From NCBI GenBank assembly GCA_002295635.1, contig DBHK01000003.1, forward strand, positions 12,561-76,560: a stretch of DNA of 64,000 nucleotides, in the 5' to 3' direction. The DNA is from Alphaproteobacteria bacterium UBA830. Lineage in GTDB: Bacteria; Pseudomonadota; Alphaproteobacteria; MPNO01; UBA830. Every line of letters begins with the position of its first letter. Position 1 is the stretch's first letter. A program made the translations under genes and the position numbers. Below, piece after piece: positions 21,095 through 30,163 of the stretch. Under the pieces are notes generated by a model. That model was not told the DNA's origin. It saw only the letters and a program-made list of their open reading frames with translations, and ran no database searches.

Positions 21095-22231
21095 ATGGCG
21101 CGAGATGCTCAGAAACCGCTCGATGGCACTCTCGTCGTTTCCATGGAACAGGCGGTCGCCGCGCCATACTGCTCGTCTCGTCTTGCCGAAGCGGGCGCTC
21201 GGGTTATAAAGGTCGAACGGCCTGAGGGTGATTTCGCGCGGGCGTACGACACGGTGGTGCATGGTGAAAGCGCTTATTTCGTTTGGTTGAATCGAGGTAA
21301 AGAGTCGCTTACGGCTAACATAAAGGATGAGGTTGACCGAGACCTTCTATACAGGGTGCTCGATAAATCGGATGTTTTTATCCAAAACCTCGCCCCTGGG
21401 GCTGCCGCGCGTGCGGGCTTTGATTCGGATGAGCTGCGTAAGCGTAATCCGAGGTTGATTACGGTCGATATTTCAGGATACGGCGAGGAAGGTTCTTACG
21501 CAGATATGAAAGCGTATGACCTTCTAGTGCAGGCAGAATCCGGCCTCTGCTCTATCACCGGTCTACCAGAAGGACCCGGTCGTGTGGGCGTTTCCGCGTG
21601 TGACGTTTCTTGTGGGATGTATTCCTATATGGCCGTTCTCGAAGCATTGATCGCACGGGACGCGACCGGGGTCGGTTCGTCGATAAAGACCTCGCTTTTT
21701 GCGGGTATCGCTGACTGGATGACTGTACCCTTGCTGCACTATGATTATGGGGAAAAGATTATGCCCCGAGTAGGGCTTAACCATCCATCGATCCATCCAT
21801 ACGGCGCTTACGATACGCGAGGCGGTGGTCAGATCCTGATCGCGATTCAGAATGAACGAGAATTTTCTCGACTTTGCGAGACGGTTTTGCTCGATGGTGA
21901 TTTGCCGGAGGACCCGCGGTTTAAAACCAATGAGGCGCGATGCGCTAATCGGGCAGAGTTCGACGCAATTTTAGAGAATGTTTTCAACAAAACTGAACGG
22001 AACGAACTTGTTCGTCGACTGCGCGACGCGTCAATTGCCTTCGGCGAGGTAAACGACGTCGCTGGTTTGTCCGATCACCCGGCTTTGCGCCGGGTGACCG
22101 TTGAAACGCCTAGCGGGCCCGTCGATATGGTCGCTCCACCGGCTCTGGTTGATAACGGCGTAAGGACCCTCGGAGATATACCGCCACTAGGGGCGCATAC
22201 AGAGGTAATTAGGAAGGAATTTGGCCAATGA
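21095..22231 (+). CDS. Family III (CaiB/BaiF) CoA-transferase
   Basis: The 378-aa protein has the characteristic N-terminus ...LVVSMEQAVAAPYCSSRLAEAGARVIKVERPEGD.... Confidence 0.9.
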   Translation: MARDAQKPLDGTLVVSMEQAVAAPYCSSRLAEAGARVIKVERPEGDFARAYDTVVHGESAYFVWLNRGKESLTANIKDEVDRDLLYRVLDKSDVFIQNLAPGAAARAGFDSDELRKRNPRLITVDISGYGEEGSYADMKAYDLLVQAESGLCSITGLPEGPGRVGVSACDVSCGMYSYMAVLEALIARDATGVGSSIKTSLFAGIADWMTVPLLHYDYGEKIMPRVGLNHPSIHPYGAYDTRGGGQILIAIQNEREFSRLCETVLLDGDLPEDPRFKTNEARCANRAEFDAILENVFNKTERNELVRRLRDASIAFGEVNDVAGLSDHPALRRVTVETPSGPVDMVAPPALVDNGVRTLGDIPPLGAHTEVIRKEFGQ

Positions 22232-23082
22232 GCGGGGAGGCGGATTTTAGCGACTCAATAGGTAAATCGGAAATTGAGTACGGTACAGCTTCCGCCTATC
22301 CCGCTAACTATTTCACACTCACCCTTGACCGAGACGACCCGCCTTTCACGAACGGCGATCCGCTACCGCCGGCCTGGCACTACTTCTATTTCCATGAGCT
22401 GGTCGCATTGGCTGCGACAGGAGAAGACGGACACCGTGCCAAGGGTGATTTTATGCCACCACTGCCATTTCCCCGGCGAATGTGGGCAGGTTCCAAGATG
22501 AGGTTCGAATCCCCCATTCGCATAGGTGAAAAGCTCAGGAAAGTAATCACCATCGCGGATATCGTGATGAAAGAGGGTAAGTCGGGTAAGATGTGTTTTG
22601 TTACCACGACCGAGGAAGTATTTGGGGAAGATGGCCGGCTGACTACCAGCGAGACCCGTACGCAGGTTTACCGCGAGCCCGCAGGGGTTAGTGTAGCCCC
22701 TCCGCATCCCCGTCCCGCGCCGGCGGTTGCTATGTGGAGCCGTACCGTTCATCCGAACTCTGTGATGCTATTCCGTTATTCAGCACTCACCATGAATAGC
22801 CACCGCATCCACTACGACAAGGATTATGTACGAGACGTCGAGGGATATCCCGGACTGCTGGTCCATGGACCGCTTACAATGACGTTTATGCTAGATCTAT
22901 TCCGACGGGAGATGCCGGGCGCCACAATGACTTCACTTGATCTGCGGGCTGTCTCACCGGTCTACGATACGATGGATTTTTCCGTTCATGGGACCCCGGG
23001 TGAGGGCGGAACCTGCCAATTGTGGGCGATGAATGGCAATGGAGCGCTAGCGATGGTGGCGGATGCAACCTACTCAGTTTGA
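22228..23082 (+). CDS. Double hot-dog (MaoC-like / FAS1-like) enoyl-CoA hydratase, itaconyl/mesaconyl-CoA hydratase-like
   Basis: The 284-aa protein overlaps the CoA-transferase stop by 4 bp. Its C-terminal half has a MaoC-type HGPL motif, and its size matches two-hotdog hydratases. Confidence 0.7.
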   Translation: MSGEADFSDSIGKSEIEYGTASAYPANYFTLTLDRDDPPFTNGDPLPPAWHYFYFHELVALAATGEDGHRAKGDFMPPLPFPRRMWAGSKMRFESPIRIGEKLRKVITIADIVMKEGKSGKMCFVTTTEEVFGEDGRLTTSETRTQVYREPAGVSVAPPHPRPAPAVAMWSRTVHPNSVMLFRYSALTMNSHRIHYDKDYVRDVEGYPGLLVHGPLTMTFMLDLFRREMPGATMTSLDLRAVSPVYDTMDFSVHGTPGEGGTCQLWAMNGNGALAMVADATYSV

Positions 23083-23513
23083 AAAACAACCGGCGACTAG
23101 TCCTTATTTTGTCGGTGTCTCTTCAGTGTGGACGGGGGGCAAGCTCATTCCCACGATGTTATGATGACCACTGACTTTCCCGGTTAAATAGTTTGGCCAA
23201 TTTTCGCAAATGACAAGTGATTTCGTTGCCGAATCTGTAGGGCGGATAGGGGAATTTTTGTATCATTTGATACTTTCTCACAACAGATCACACTCTTTAA
23301 TGCCAAGTTAAGAATCCGGGATTACCACGCCCCGGAAATATTAATAGCTTCCTGTGCCAAAGCACATGGTCAACACTGATAAGGCTCGACTGGTTAGCAA
23401 AAGCAAAATCATATCGTTCAACGGGCCATAAGTTTTGATCGTAAGACACGGGTTGGTATGGTATCGGTTGGCTATGCTGAGGTCATGGATTTGCCACGGG
23501 ACGATGCCCTACG

Positions 23514-24410
23514 TCACTCTGCTGCGAGATCTGGTGCCATCAACTGAGCTAGCGCGGCGATCACGTTGGTCATCTGTGCAGCGATTCTGTCAAACCCGGC
23601 ATTCTTCTCGATTCGAATTTCATCCATATAGAGAGCGCGGTTAATCTCGATCTGAACCGAGTGGACATTATCTTGCGGTTGCCCGTAATGTCGGGTGGTG
23701 AACCCACCAGCAAATGGCTTGTTTCGAGCGACATAATAGCCGAAGCTCGAGATACTGCGTTCAATCGTGTCAGTGATATACGGAGCGCAGCTGCTGCCGA
23801 AGCAGTCGCCAACTACGAAATCAGCCCGCCCACGACCAACGTCGGGATCCAGTGGACCGCCAATCGAGGGCATCGAATGGCAGTCCACGACGACACAGTA
23901 GCCAAATTTGTCACGAGTTTCGTGGATTAGTGCTTCAAGCGCCTGATGATAGGGTCGATAATAGGCATCGATTCGAGCTACTGCTTCCTTAAATGTGAGT
24001 TTGCCTGGGTAAATGTCTAGCCCACTCGAAACTACCCGTGCGATAGTGCCGAGACCGGCGGCGACCCTACTAGAATCCGTATTGACATAATCAGGTAGAG
24101 GGTCGGAAAACATCTTTTGGTCGAGTTCGAAAGGTTCTCGGTTAGCGTCGATGAATGCGCGTGGAAAGGTGGCCCGAAGAAGCGGAGCGCCGAGGTTTGG
24201 GCCGGCGGCGAACAGATCGTCAACAAACCCGTCCTCAGAGCGTCGCAGCGAAACAGGATCCAGCCGAGCTCCCGCCACAAAATCAGTCGGATACATGCGC
24301 CCACTGTGTGGTGACGCAAGGACCAAGGGTACCGTTTGTGAGGTTGGATGAAGGATTTCGAAAGGAGGTACATACGCCAGATTTTCTGGCGTGGAATCTT
24401 TAACTGACAT
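23514..24410 (-). CDS. N-formylglutamate amidohydrolase family protein
   Basis: The 298-aa protein matches the FGase family pattern (PHSGR.YP....A..D...FVGD...). It stands alone and is not in a hut operon. Confidence 0.75.
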   Translation of the reverse strand: MSVKDSTPENLAYVPPFEILHPTSQTVPLVLASPHSGRMYPTDFVAGARLDPVSLRRSEDGFVDDLFAAGPNLGAPLLRATFPRAFIDANREPFELDQKMFSDPLPDYVNTDSSRVAAGLGTIARVVSSGLDIYPGKLTFKEAVARIDAYYRPYHQALEALIHETRDKFGYCVVVDCHSMPSIGGPLDPDVGRGRADFVVGDCFGSSCAPYITDTIERSISSFGYYVARNKPFAGGFTTRHYGQPQDNVHSVQIEINRALYMDEIRIEKNAGFDRIAAQMTNVIAALAQLMAPDLAAE

Positions 24411-24845
24411 ACCACTGACTTAGACTAAAATATGTGTATTGTCATCCACACATTCTCGAGTACCTCAGTAGTTGTTTAAATGTATGACTCTAGTGGTTGT
24501 TCAAGCGCTTTTCAAAAATACACGCTATACCGTGCGCAGAATCTTTCGAGATGTTGGGAGTTCCCGAGGGGAGGGAAATGAACAATGGTTGCAGCCTCAG
24601 GGCCGGGTCTTGAAATCCAAAGTATTCGATTCGGGGCCCCCGGATCGATCTCGGCTGTGTGTCTAGGACACCCACTTCTAATCACTCTCTCCGAAGTCCG
24701 CGAGAGTGATGCTGATCGACAGTTCGGGCCCGTGCTAGGCTGTGTGTTCCGGCCCGAGGGAGGAAGAAACCTTATATTTCCATACTATTACCTGGACCGC
24801 ACTTGCTATCTGGACCAGGAAACGATAAACCGAAAATCAAGGATC

Positions 24846-24920
24846 GGGCGCGTAGCTCAGCGGGAGAGCACTACGTTGACATCGTAGGGGTCGCTGGTTC
24901 AATCCCAGCCGTGCCCACCA
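24846..24920 (+). tRNA. tRNA-Val (anticodon GAC)
   Basis: I folded the cloverleaf by hand. The acceptor stem pairs GGGCGCG with CGUGCCC. The anticodon stem is CUACG/CGUAG around the loop UUGACAU. The T-loop is TTCAATC. An encoded CCA is followed by a T-run. Confidence 0.88.
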
Positions 24921-25284
24921 TTTTTTCTGAGGAAGAACAATGCCTTAACAGCACTGTCTTCCCAGACCCCGCCTTCCAAATCACTATTACCGCATTGTGC
25001 GGCTCCAATTTGGCTCCGCTTGGAGACGAAGATGGCAGCTATTGGCCTGCATAGGGGGAAGTATCAGGTGAGGATCAGGAGGGTAGGTAGTCCTTCCATC
25101 TCCAGAACCTTTTCCAGAAAGAAGGATGCCGAAGCTTGGGTAGAGGTGAGGTAGGCTAGATGACACCAATGGCCGGGATATGGGAGATACTGGAGATCAT
25201 CATTGGTCTGCTGTGAAGCGCCGCTGTCTTACACCTGATCAACACCCTTTGTATTGTTGACGGACACATTCACGGGCGGAATCA

Positions 25285-25914
25285 TCAGCATGGGAAAGGG
25301 TAAGTAATAGTACCCTTTTTGTATTTCTTCCTCGCTTCGAAGCAAGTTACCCTGTTCGGTCCGTCTGCCCAATACAAGTGCGGGTTTATTCCCTTTTTCC
25401 CATCTTCCAGAAAATACGAATGTCCCCAAGAATATCCTTTATTTGAGCGATCTCGGTATTTTTGACCTATTTGAAAATGAAGATGGCGCACTCCCCAAAT
25501 GCATTCGAAATCATACTGATTGTCGCCTAAACGGGCGATAATTTGACCACGCTGTACTACATCACCCTCGGCCACTAACATTTCACCAACGTGACCGTAG
25601 AGCGCTATAATTTTTTTGCCATCTATCCCATCGCCATGATCCACCGCTATTGTTGGACCCCAACACTGTTCTACTGTTGCTTCTAAAACGATACCATCGG
25701 CAACCGCTAAAATCTCCTGACCCTCGACTCCCGTTATGTCTATCCCCTGATGAGGGTTTTCTCGGTACCCACCATTAATGCCGATATCACTGCCAAACCC
25801 TGAGTCGATTTTTGGCGCTCCTGGTGGATATATCGCATCATCACTCCAACCCATCCCAGTGCTTCCAAGAAGCACGGCAAGTGTAAGACAGATGGTGGCG
25901 GTCAGGTTTCTCAT
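25285..25914 (-). CDS. M23 family metallopeptidase (secreted)
   Basis: The 209-aa protein has a signal peptide and the M23 motifs HQGIDI and ...ALYGHVGEML.... Confidence 0.78.
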   Translation of the reverse strand: MRNLTATICLTLAVLLGSTGMGWSDDAIYPPGAPKIDSGFGSDIGINGGYRENPHQGIDITGVEGQEILAVADGIVLEATVEQCWGPTIAVDHGDGIDGKKIIALYGHVGEMLVAEGDVVQRGQIIARLGDNQYDFECIWGVRHLHFQIGQKYRDRSNKGYSWGHSYFLEDGKKGINPHLYWADGPNRVTCFEARKKYKKGTITYPFPC

Positions 25915-25974
25915 ATTGAAATTCTGACAGAGAACATTCGGAATGGGTATAGAGAATGGGGTGTGGGTGGAGTT

Positions 25975-26175
25975 CTATTCGTTACCGTCACTTACGGTCA
26001 GAGAAGTGATTTCTCCGTCATAGACCTCATAAGATAACTTGTTCGGATTACAGCATACGACGCAGTCATAAATTTCTGTGTTGTGTCCCGTGAAACCCTC
26101 TTGGATCTCTGCATAAATCTCAAATTCTTCAAAGCAGAAATGACATGTAATTTGGTGCTCTAAATTCCCTGTCAC
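25975..26175 (-). CDS. CPXCG-type cysteine-rich zinc-ribbon small protein
   Basis: The 66-aa protein has two Cys pairs, CHFC and CVVCC, spaced as in the CPXCG family. Confidence 0.45.
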   Translation of the reverse strand: MTGNLEHQITCHFCFEEFEIYAEIQEGFTGHNTEIYDCVVCCNPNKLSYEVYDGEITSLTVSDGNE

Positions 26176-26195
26176 TCAACACCCTTGAAACTGCC

Positions 26196-26393
26196 ATGAG
26201 ACGGGGTGATCTACTTGGCATTGAATGGTCAGACGTGAATTCAGATAAAAGGACAGTTCATCTGGAAAACACCAAGAACGGATCACCAAGAACAGTACCT
26301 CTCAGTAGAAGGGCATTGGAGATACTCAACAGCAGCTACAGCTTTTCTTTCTCTCAGCCTTCGCCGTTTTTACGATCTTTTTTTCAATCTTAA
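26196..26393 (+). pseudogene. Tyrosine recombinase (phage integrase) fragment
   Basis: The 65-aa ORF RGDLLGIEWSDVNSDKRTVHLENTKNGSPRTVPLSRRALEIL matches the conserved stretch of the integrase catalytic domain. The N-terminal domain and the catalytic R/H/Y region downstream are both missing. Confidence 0.5.
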
Positions 26394-26562
26394 ACCGTTT
26401 AACCTGAGCCGCCTTTGCAGCTGCCGCTAATTCTGATTTTTGTAGTTTATGTTCAAAATACGAGTACAAAGACGCAAACCCGAGTTTTGCAGCCCTCTTT
26501 TCCTCATAGGCACGTCGCCCCTTGAGGTTTTCTATTTTCTGCAAGATTTGTTGATTTTCCAT
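26326..26562 (-). CDS. Hypothetical lysine-rich small protein with C-terminal CSCC
   Basis: The 78-aa ORF lies in the islet. It has no recognisable domain and may not be coding. Confidence 0.25.
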   Translation of the reverse strand: MENQQILQKIENLKGRRAYEEKRAAKLGFASLYSYFEHKLQKSELAAAAKAAQVKRFKIEKKIVKTAKAERKKSCSCC

Positions 26563-26676
26563 ACATCAGGATAGGCGGACTGAATAGAGAAAATCAACCC
26601 CAAGCACTTCACCCCACAAGCTGAGAGAGATTTTTCCAATTTTCATATACGCTAACGACCCTGTAAACTCACAATC

Positions 26677-27507
26677 ATGAGAACTTTGGCTGCAATAATC
26701 GGCCTGATCATTGCCCTGTGTATAAAAACTAGCCATACGCAAACTTTGTTTCTGGAGGCTAATGGCTCACAAGATGCATATACTTTGATAAATGATAAGC
26801 TTGTCGAGTTTGACGGTAATGCATTTGAGACATCGGATTGCAGCCATAAAGACTTTGGGCCCCACATAACCCAAATCTATGATCAAATTCTTCGAAAACA
26901 TGTATTTCGGTTTCATATACACAGGGACGAAGATACCGATAGGTGTGTGAAATTTAACCGACAAAGGACAGAAATAAAAGTATATGCCAAGTCACCAAAT
27001 TGGATGAAGGCGACAGACAAAAGTAGCTTTAGCTACAAATGGAAATTTAAGGTTGATCAGAATTTCCAACCATCCAAAAACTTTACCCACTTTTTTCAAC
27101 TCAAGAGTGTGGGCGGCTCCTATATGATGCCGTTGCTCACATTGACCGGTCGGAAGGGGCTAAGAGGGCAACCAGACAAACTTGAACTTCGTCACGCCTC
27201 TCATGGTAAGGCTAGCAAAATAAAGGTAACAGAGTTACAGCCATTTTTAGGAAAATGGTTGCAGGTAAATGTAGATGCAATTTTTGGTTCTGAGGGGAGA
27301 TTAGTAATTAAAATTATTTCTATGAACGATAATCATCCCTTGATGCATTATGAAAATAGTTCGTTAAATATGTGGAAAGAGGATGCCGATTTTATACGAC
27401 CAAAGTGGGGCATTTACCGAAGCTTAAATGATAAACAATCGTTGAGGGATGAGATTATTGATTTTGCCGACATTCAAATCAGGGCCAAATCGACAACGAG
27501 GGACTAA
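26677..27507 (+). CDS. Secreted hypothetical protein
   Basis: The 276-aa ORF is AT-rich with a clear signal peptide (MRTLAAIIGLIIALC). It is beta-rich and the family is unknown, though it may be lectin- or lyase-like. Confidence 0.5.
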   Translation: MRTLAAIIGLIIALCIKTSHTQTLFLEANGSQDAYTLINDKLVEFDGNAFETSDCSHKDFGPHITQIYDQILRKHVFRFHIHRDEDTDRCVKFNRQRTEIKVYAKSPNWMKATDKSSFSYKWKFKVDQNFQPSKNFTHFFQLKSVGGSYMMPLLTLTGRKGLRGQPDKLELRHASHGKASKIKVTELQPFLGKWLQVNVDAIFGSEGRLVIKIISMNDNHPLMHYENSSLNMWKEDADFIRPKWGIYRSLNDKQSLRDEIIDFADIQIRAKSTTRD

Positions 27508-28119
27508 AACCATCGGGCGGAAATCTCCGAGGTATGAGGCAATGGATGAGTTCCGTGGGACCTATAATGACCGCAGAGACCAGGAGAATGAAAAAACTAT
27601 AGGCCGCCTTAATAACTGGGTCCGACTTAAGCTCTCTTTTAGACCAAGCGGACCAAGCCAATTATCATTATTGGGTACATTTGGAGGTCTTGTATCTGAA
27701 GGTCGTTGTTCACTAGAAGACATTTACAGTGGCACTTCAGATTAACCCCTTTCAGAAGATGGGCGAGTAAGACGACGATAAGAATGAAAGAGGAATAAGA
27801 AGAATATAACTCTGCAGGGTACACGATATTACATTATAGAACTGTTTTTGGGACATAGATATTATCACTATTTACAGCCCCTTAATGTTTTAATGCGCTG
27901 CACAGTACCGCATCACGATTAACCCCGTTTATACATCATCATCATTAGGCCTATTCAGGATGACTCAGAGGGCTGCCATAAAAGTCATACATTGGGGTCC
28001 AGTACAGAGCCTTTACCGGAGATCTAACCAACAGAGATGCGAATCTGGAGTCCTCTGAGTCCGTTCTAGCTATGGTCTAAGGCGTGAAACCCAGCGCTTA
28101 CTCAGGGGGATGGAAAAGA

Positions 28120-28473
28120 TCAGATGGCAGTTGGATACCCGTTATAAGGCCAGCCACCCTGTGCAAATAGCCCTTTCACTTCGTCAGCAACGTATCCCGG
28201 CATTTCAATGCCGGTGATCTCCTGCATTTCCAGTAGCGTGGGTATGTATTCTGGCTGAGTGAATTTATTCATATGCGCCATGAAAGATTTGCCATCCGCA
28301 TATTTTTCAATGATCAAAACCTCTCTGCTCTCTTCATTTATGAAAAAATCATAAAGGAGCGTTCCCGGCTCATCGGTGGTTGCATCTTTCATTTTCTTTG
28401 CTTGGGTCTTGAACGCATCAAGATCATCTGTGGTGATCCTAGCCCTAACCAAGTTGTATAACTCTGAAGTCAT
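28120..28473 (-). CDS. ABM (antibiotic biosynthesis monooxygenase) domain protein
   Basis: The 117-aa protein has an ABM-like pattern (...EPGTLLYDFF...EKYADGKSFMAHM...). It lies in the AT-rich segment. Confidence 0.5.
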   Translation of the reverse strand: MTSELYNLVRARITTDDLDAFKTQAKKMKDATTDEPGTLLYDFFINEESREVLIIEKYADGKSFMAHMNKFTQPEYIPTLLEMQEITGIEMPGYVADEVKGLFAQGGWPYNGYPTAI

Positions 28474-28636
28474 TAGCCACCCTATTTCACTATAAGTTCA
28501 AACTATGCATAACGTACCATAACGATCGTAGAAAAAATGATCAGACGGTGATCTTCTCAAGAGATTATAGGGTCTACCAGCCTTGTACCTCATGCTGTTT
28601 CACACAGTAGCCCAGTCGTGAGAGCAACCATTAACC

Positions 28637-30085
28637 TCAACCCAATCCTGGAAAACGGATGCCGGTGAACTTTGTATACGATAGCTCTTTCATCGCGTAC
28701 TTAACTCCCTCGCGGCCGTAGCCGCTGTCACCGACGCCTCCGAAGGGCGTCGTGTCCATTCGGAAGCGGCTACCCTCATTGATCCAAACCGATCCGACAT
28801 GCAGATCCTTTGATACTTTGAACGCATTCTCTAGGCTAGATGTAAAGCAAGACGATTGTAGACCGAATACGGAATCGTTAGCGATAGCGATGGCGTCATC
28901 GACATCTTTTGCCGGGATCACTACAGCGACAGGGCCGAAAATCTCGTCCCTTACGACGCCGGCATTCTGAGGCGGTTCCACTAGGATTGTAGGGTATATA
29001 ATTGCGCCTACTCGTTTAAGTGGTAGGGCCTCTTTAGCGCCGTCAGCGACCGCGTCGGCAACCATCTGCTCCACCCGGTCCGCATTAGCGGCGTTGACCA
29101 TTGGACCGACGTCGGTTTCTGGTAGTGTTGGGTCGCCGACGGTTAACCCCTTTGCGGCGGCGATAAAGTGGGGCAGGAAATCGTTTATAGCGGTCTGTTC
29201 CACGATGATTCGCTGCGCCGAGATGCATTGTTGGCCGCTCGCTTCAAATGCCGAGGGCACAATGCGTTTAGCAGCGTCTTCCAGATCGGCATCGGCGCAG
29301 ACGATATTGGCTGAATTGCCACCCAATTCGCCGATGAAGGGCTTTGCACCCGCCGCGCTAGCTAGTGCATTGCCCGCGGCGGTGCCGCCGGTCAGCGTAA
29401 CAAGTGCGACGTCTCTATGGGCAACAAGATGTTCTGTAACGTCTCGTCGGCATGCAACAACGTTGACCAAACCGTCGGGCACGCCGGCGCGTCTAAAACA
29501 TTCGGCGATCAGCAATGCCTCCCCAACTCCCTCGAACGCTGGCTTGATCAGTACAGCGTTACCCATAGCGATAGCCGGCGCCAGTTTCTGCATCAGTAGG
29601 TTCGACGGTGCATTGAACGGTGTGAAAGCAGCGATTACACCGTGCGGGTGATGTCGGGTAAAGCCAAACCGACCCTTACCCATAGGTAACGCATCGAGCG
29701 GCAGTACATCGCCCTCCATGCGTAGGAGTTCCTCTGCGCAGAGTCGGGGGAAAGCAACTGATCGACCGACTTCCACTCCGCAGGCACGGCGGGGTTTGCC
29801 GAGCGCGCGCATGGTGATTTCAGAGATCTCGTCTTTTTCTTTTTCGACCTCGTGGGCAGCGTCGCGCAACCATACCGCCCGTTCGGCAGGCGTGACGTTA
29901 AGATTCTCCTCGAACGCACTCCGTGCACTGGCGATGGCGGCATCGATGGTATCAGAATTTGCCATAGCCACGCGGAATACCAATTCGTCGTTCCATGGCG
30001 AGCGCAAATCTTCAGTTTTTGCATTTGGTGTGGGGTATGGTTTGCCGTCGATCCACGGCCAAGTGGTCTGTATTTCGTCGCTCAT
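28637..30085 (-). CDS. NAD(P)-dependent aldehyde dehydrogenase
   Basis: The 482-aa protein belongs to the ALDH family, with a catalytic Cys region ...ASGQQCISAQRII... and a GxxxxG NAD site. Confidence 0.9.
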   Translation of the reverse strand: MSDEIQTTWPWIDGKPYPTPNAKTEDLRSPWNDELVFRVAMANSDTIDAAIASARSAFEENLNVTPAERAVWLRDAAHEVEKEKDEISEITMRALGKPRRACGVEVGRSVAFPRLCAEELLRMEGDVLPLDALPMGKGRFGFTRHHPHGVIAAFTPFNAPSNLLMQKLAPAIAMGNAVLIKPAFEGVGEALLIAECFRRAGVPDGLVNVVACRRDVTEHLVAHRDVALVTLTGGTAAGNALASAAGAKPFIGELGGNSANIVCADADLEDAAKRIVPSAFEASGQQCISAQRIIVEQTAINDFLPHFIAAAKGLTVGDPTLPETDVGPMVNAANADRVEQMVADAVADGAKEALPLKRVGAIIYPTILVEPPQNAGVVRDEIFGPVAVVIPAKDVDDAIAIANDSVFGLQSSCFTSSLENAFKVSKDLHVGSVWINEGSRFRMDTTPFGGVGDSGYGREGVKYAMKELSYTKFTGIRFPGLG

Positions 30086-30163
30086 TGCCTATTACTCCTA
30101 TAATTTCCCCTGAGTATGCCTGCGATGCTAACATGTTTCAAAAATGTGAGAGAGAGCAAGATT

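Larger units (their letters stand above)
24921..28600. mobile_element. AT-rich genomic islet adjacent to the tRNA-Val 3' end; probable decayed integrative element
   Basis: GC is visibly lower than in the flanking genes. It carries a tyrosine-recombinase fragment, an M23 peptidase, a CPXCG zinc-ribbon protein, a Lys-rich small protein, a secreted protein and an ABM protein. I did not identify a direct repeat of the tRNA 3' end. Confidence 0.45.

Noticed and set aside
24472-24887. ORFs 24472-24666(+) and 24585-24887(+) upstream of and overlapping tRNA-Val
   Set aside because: One of them runs into the tRNA gene, and neither has coding-like composition.
27449-27745. 98-aa ORF overlapping the end of the secreted-protein gene in the islet
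   Set aside because: The frame overlaps the upstream gene, and its only plausible independent start (27542) gives a 67-aa Arg/Gly-rich peptide with no features. I keep it only as a remote possibility.
29094-29651. 185-aa plus-strand ORF antisense to the aldehyde dehydrogenase gene, and similar antisense ORFs in coxL (35007-35528), GMC (47630-48268) and the TPP enzyme (44114-44896)
   Set aside because: They lie inside strongly supported genes on the opposite strand and have no domain signatures, so they are spurious.
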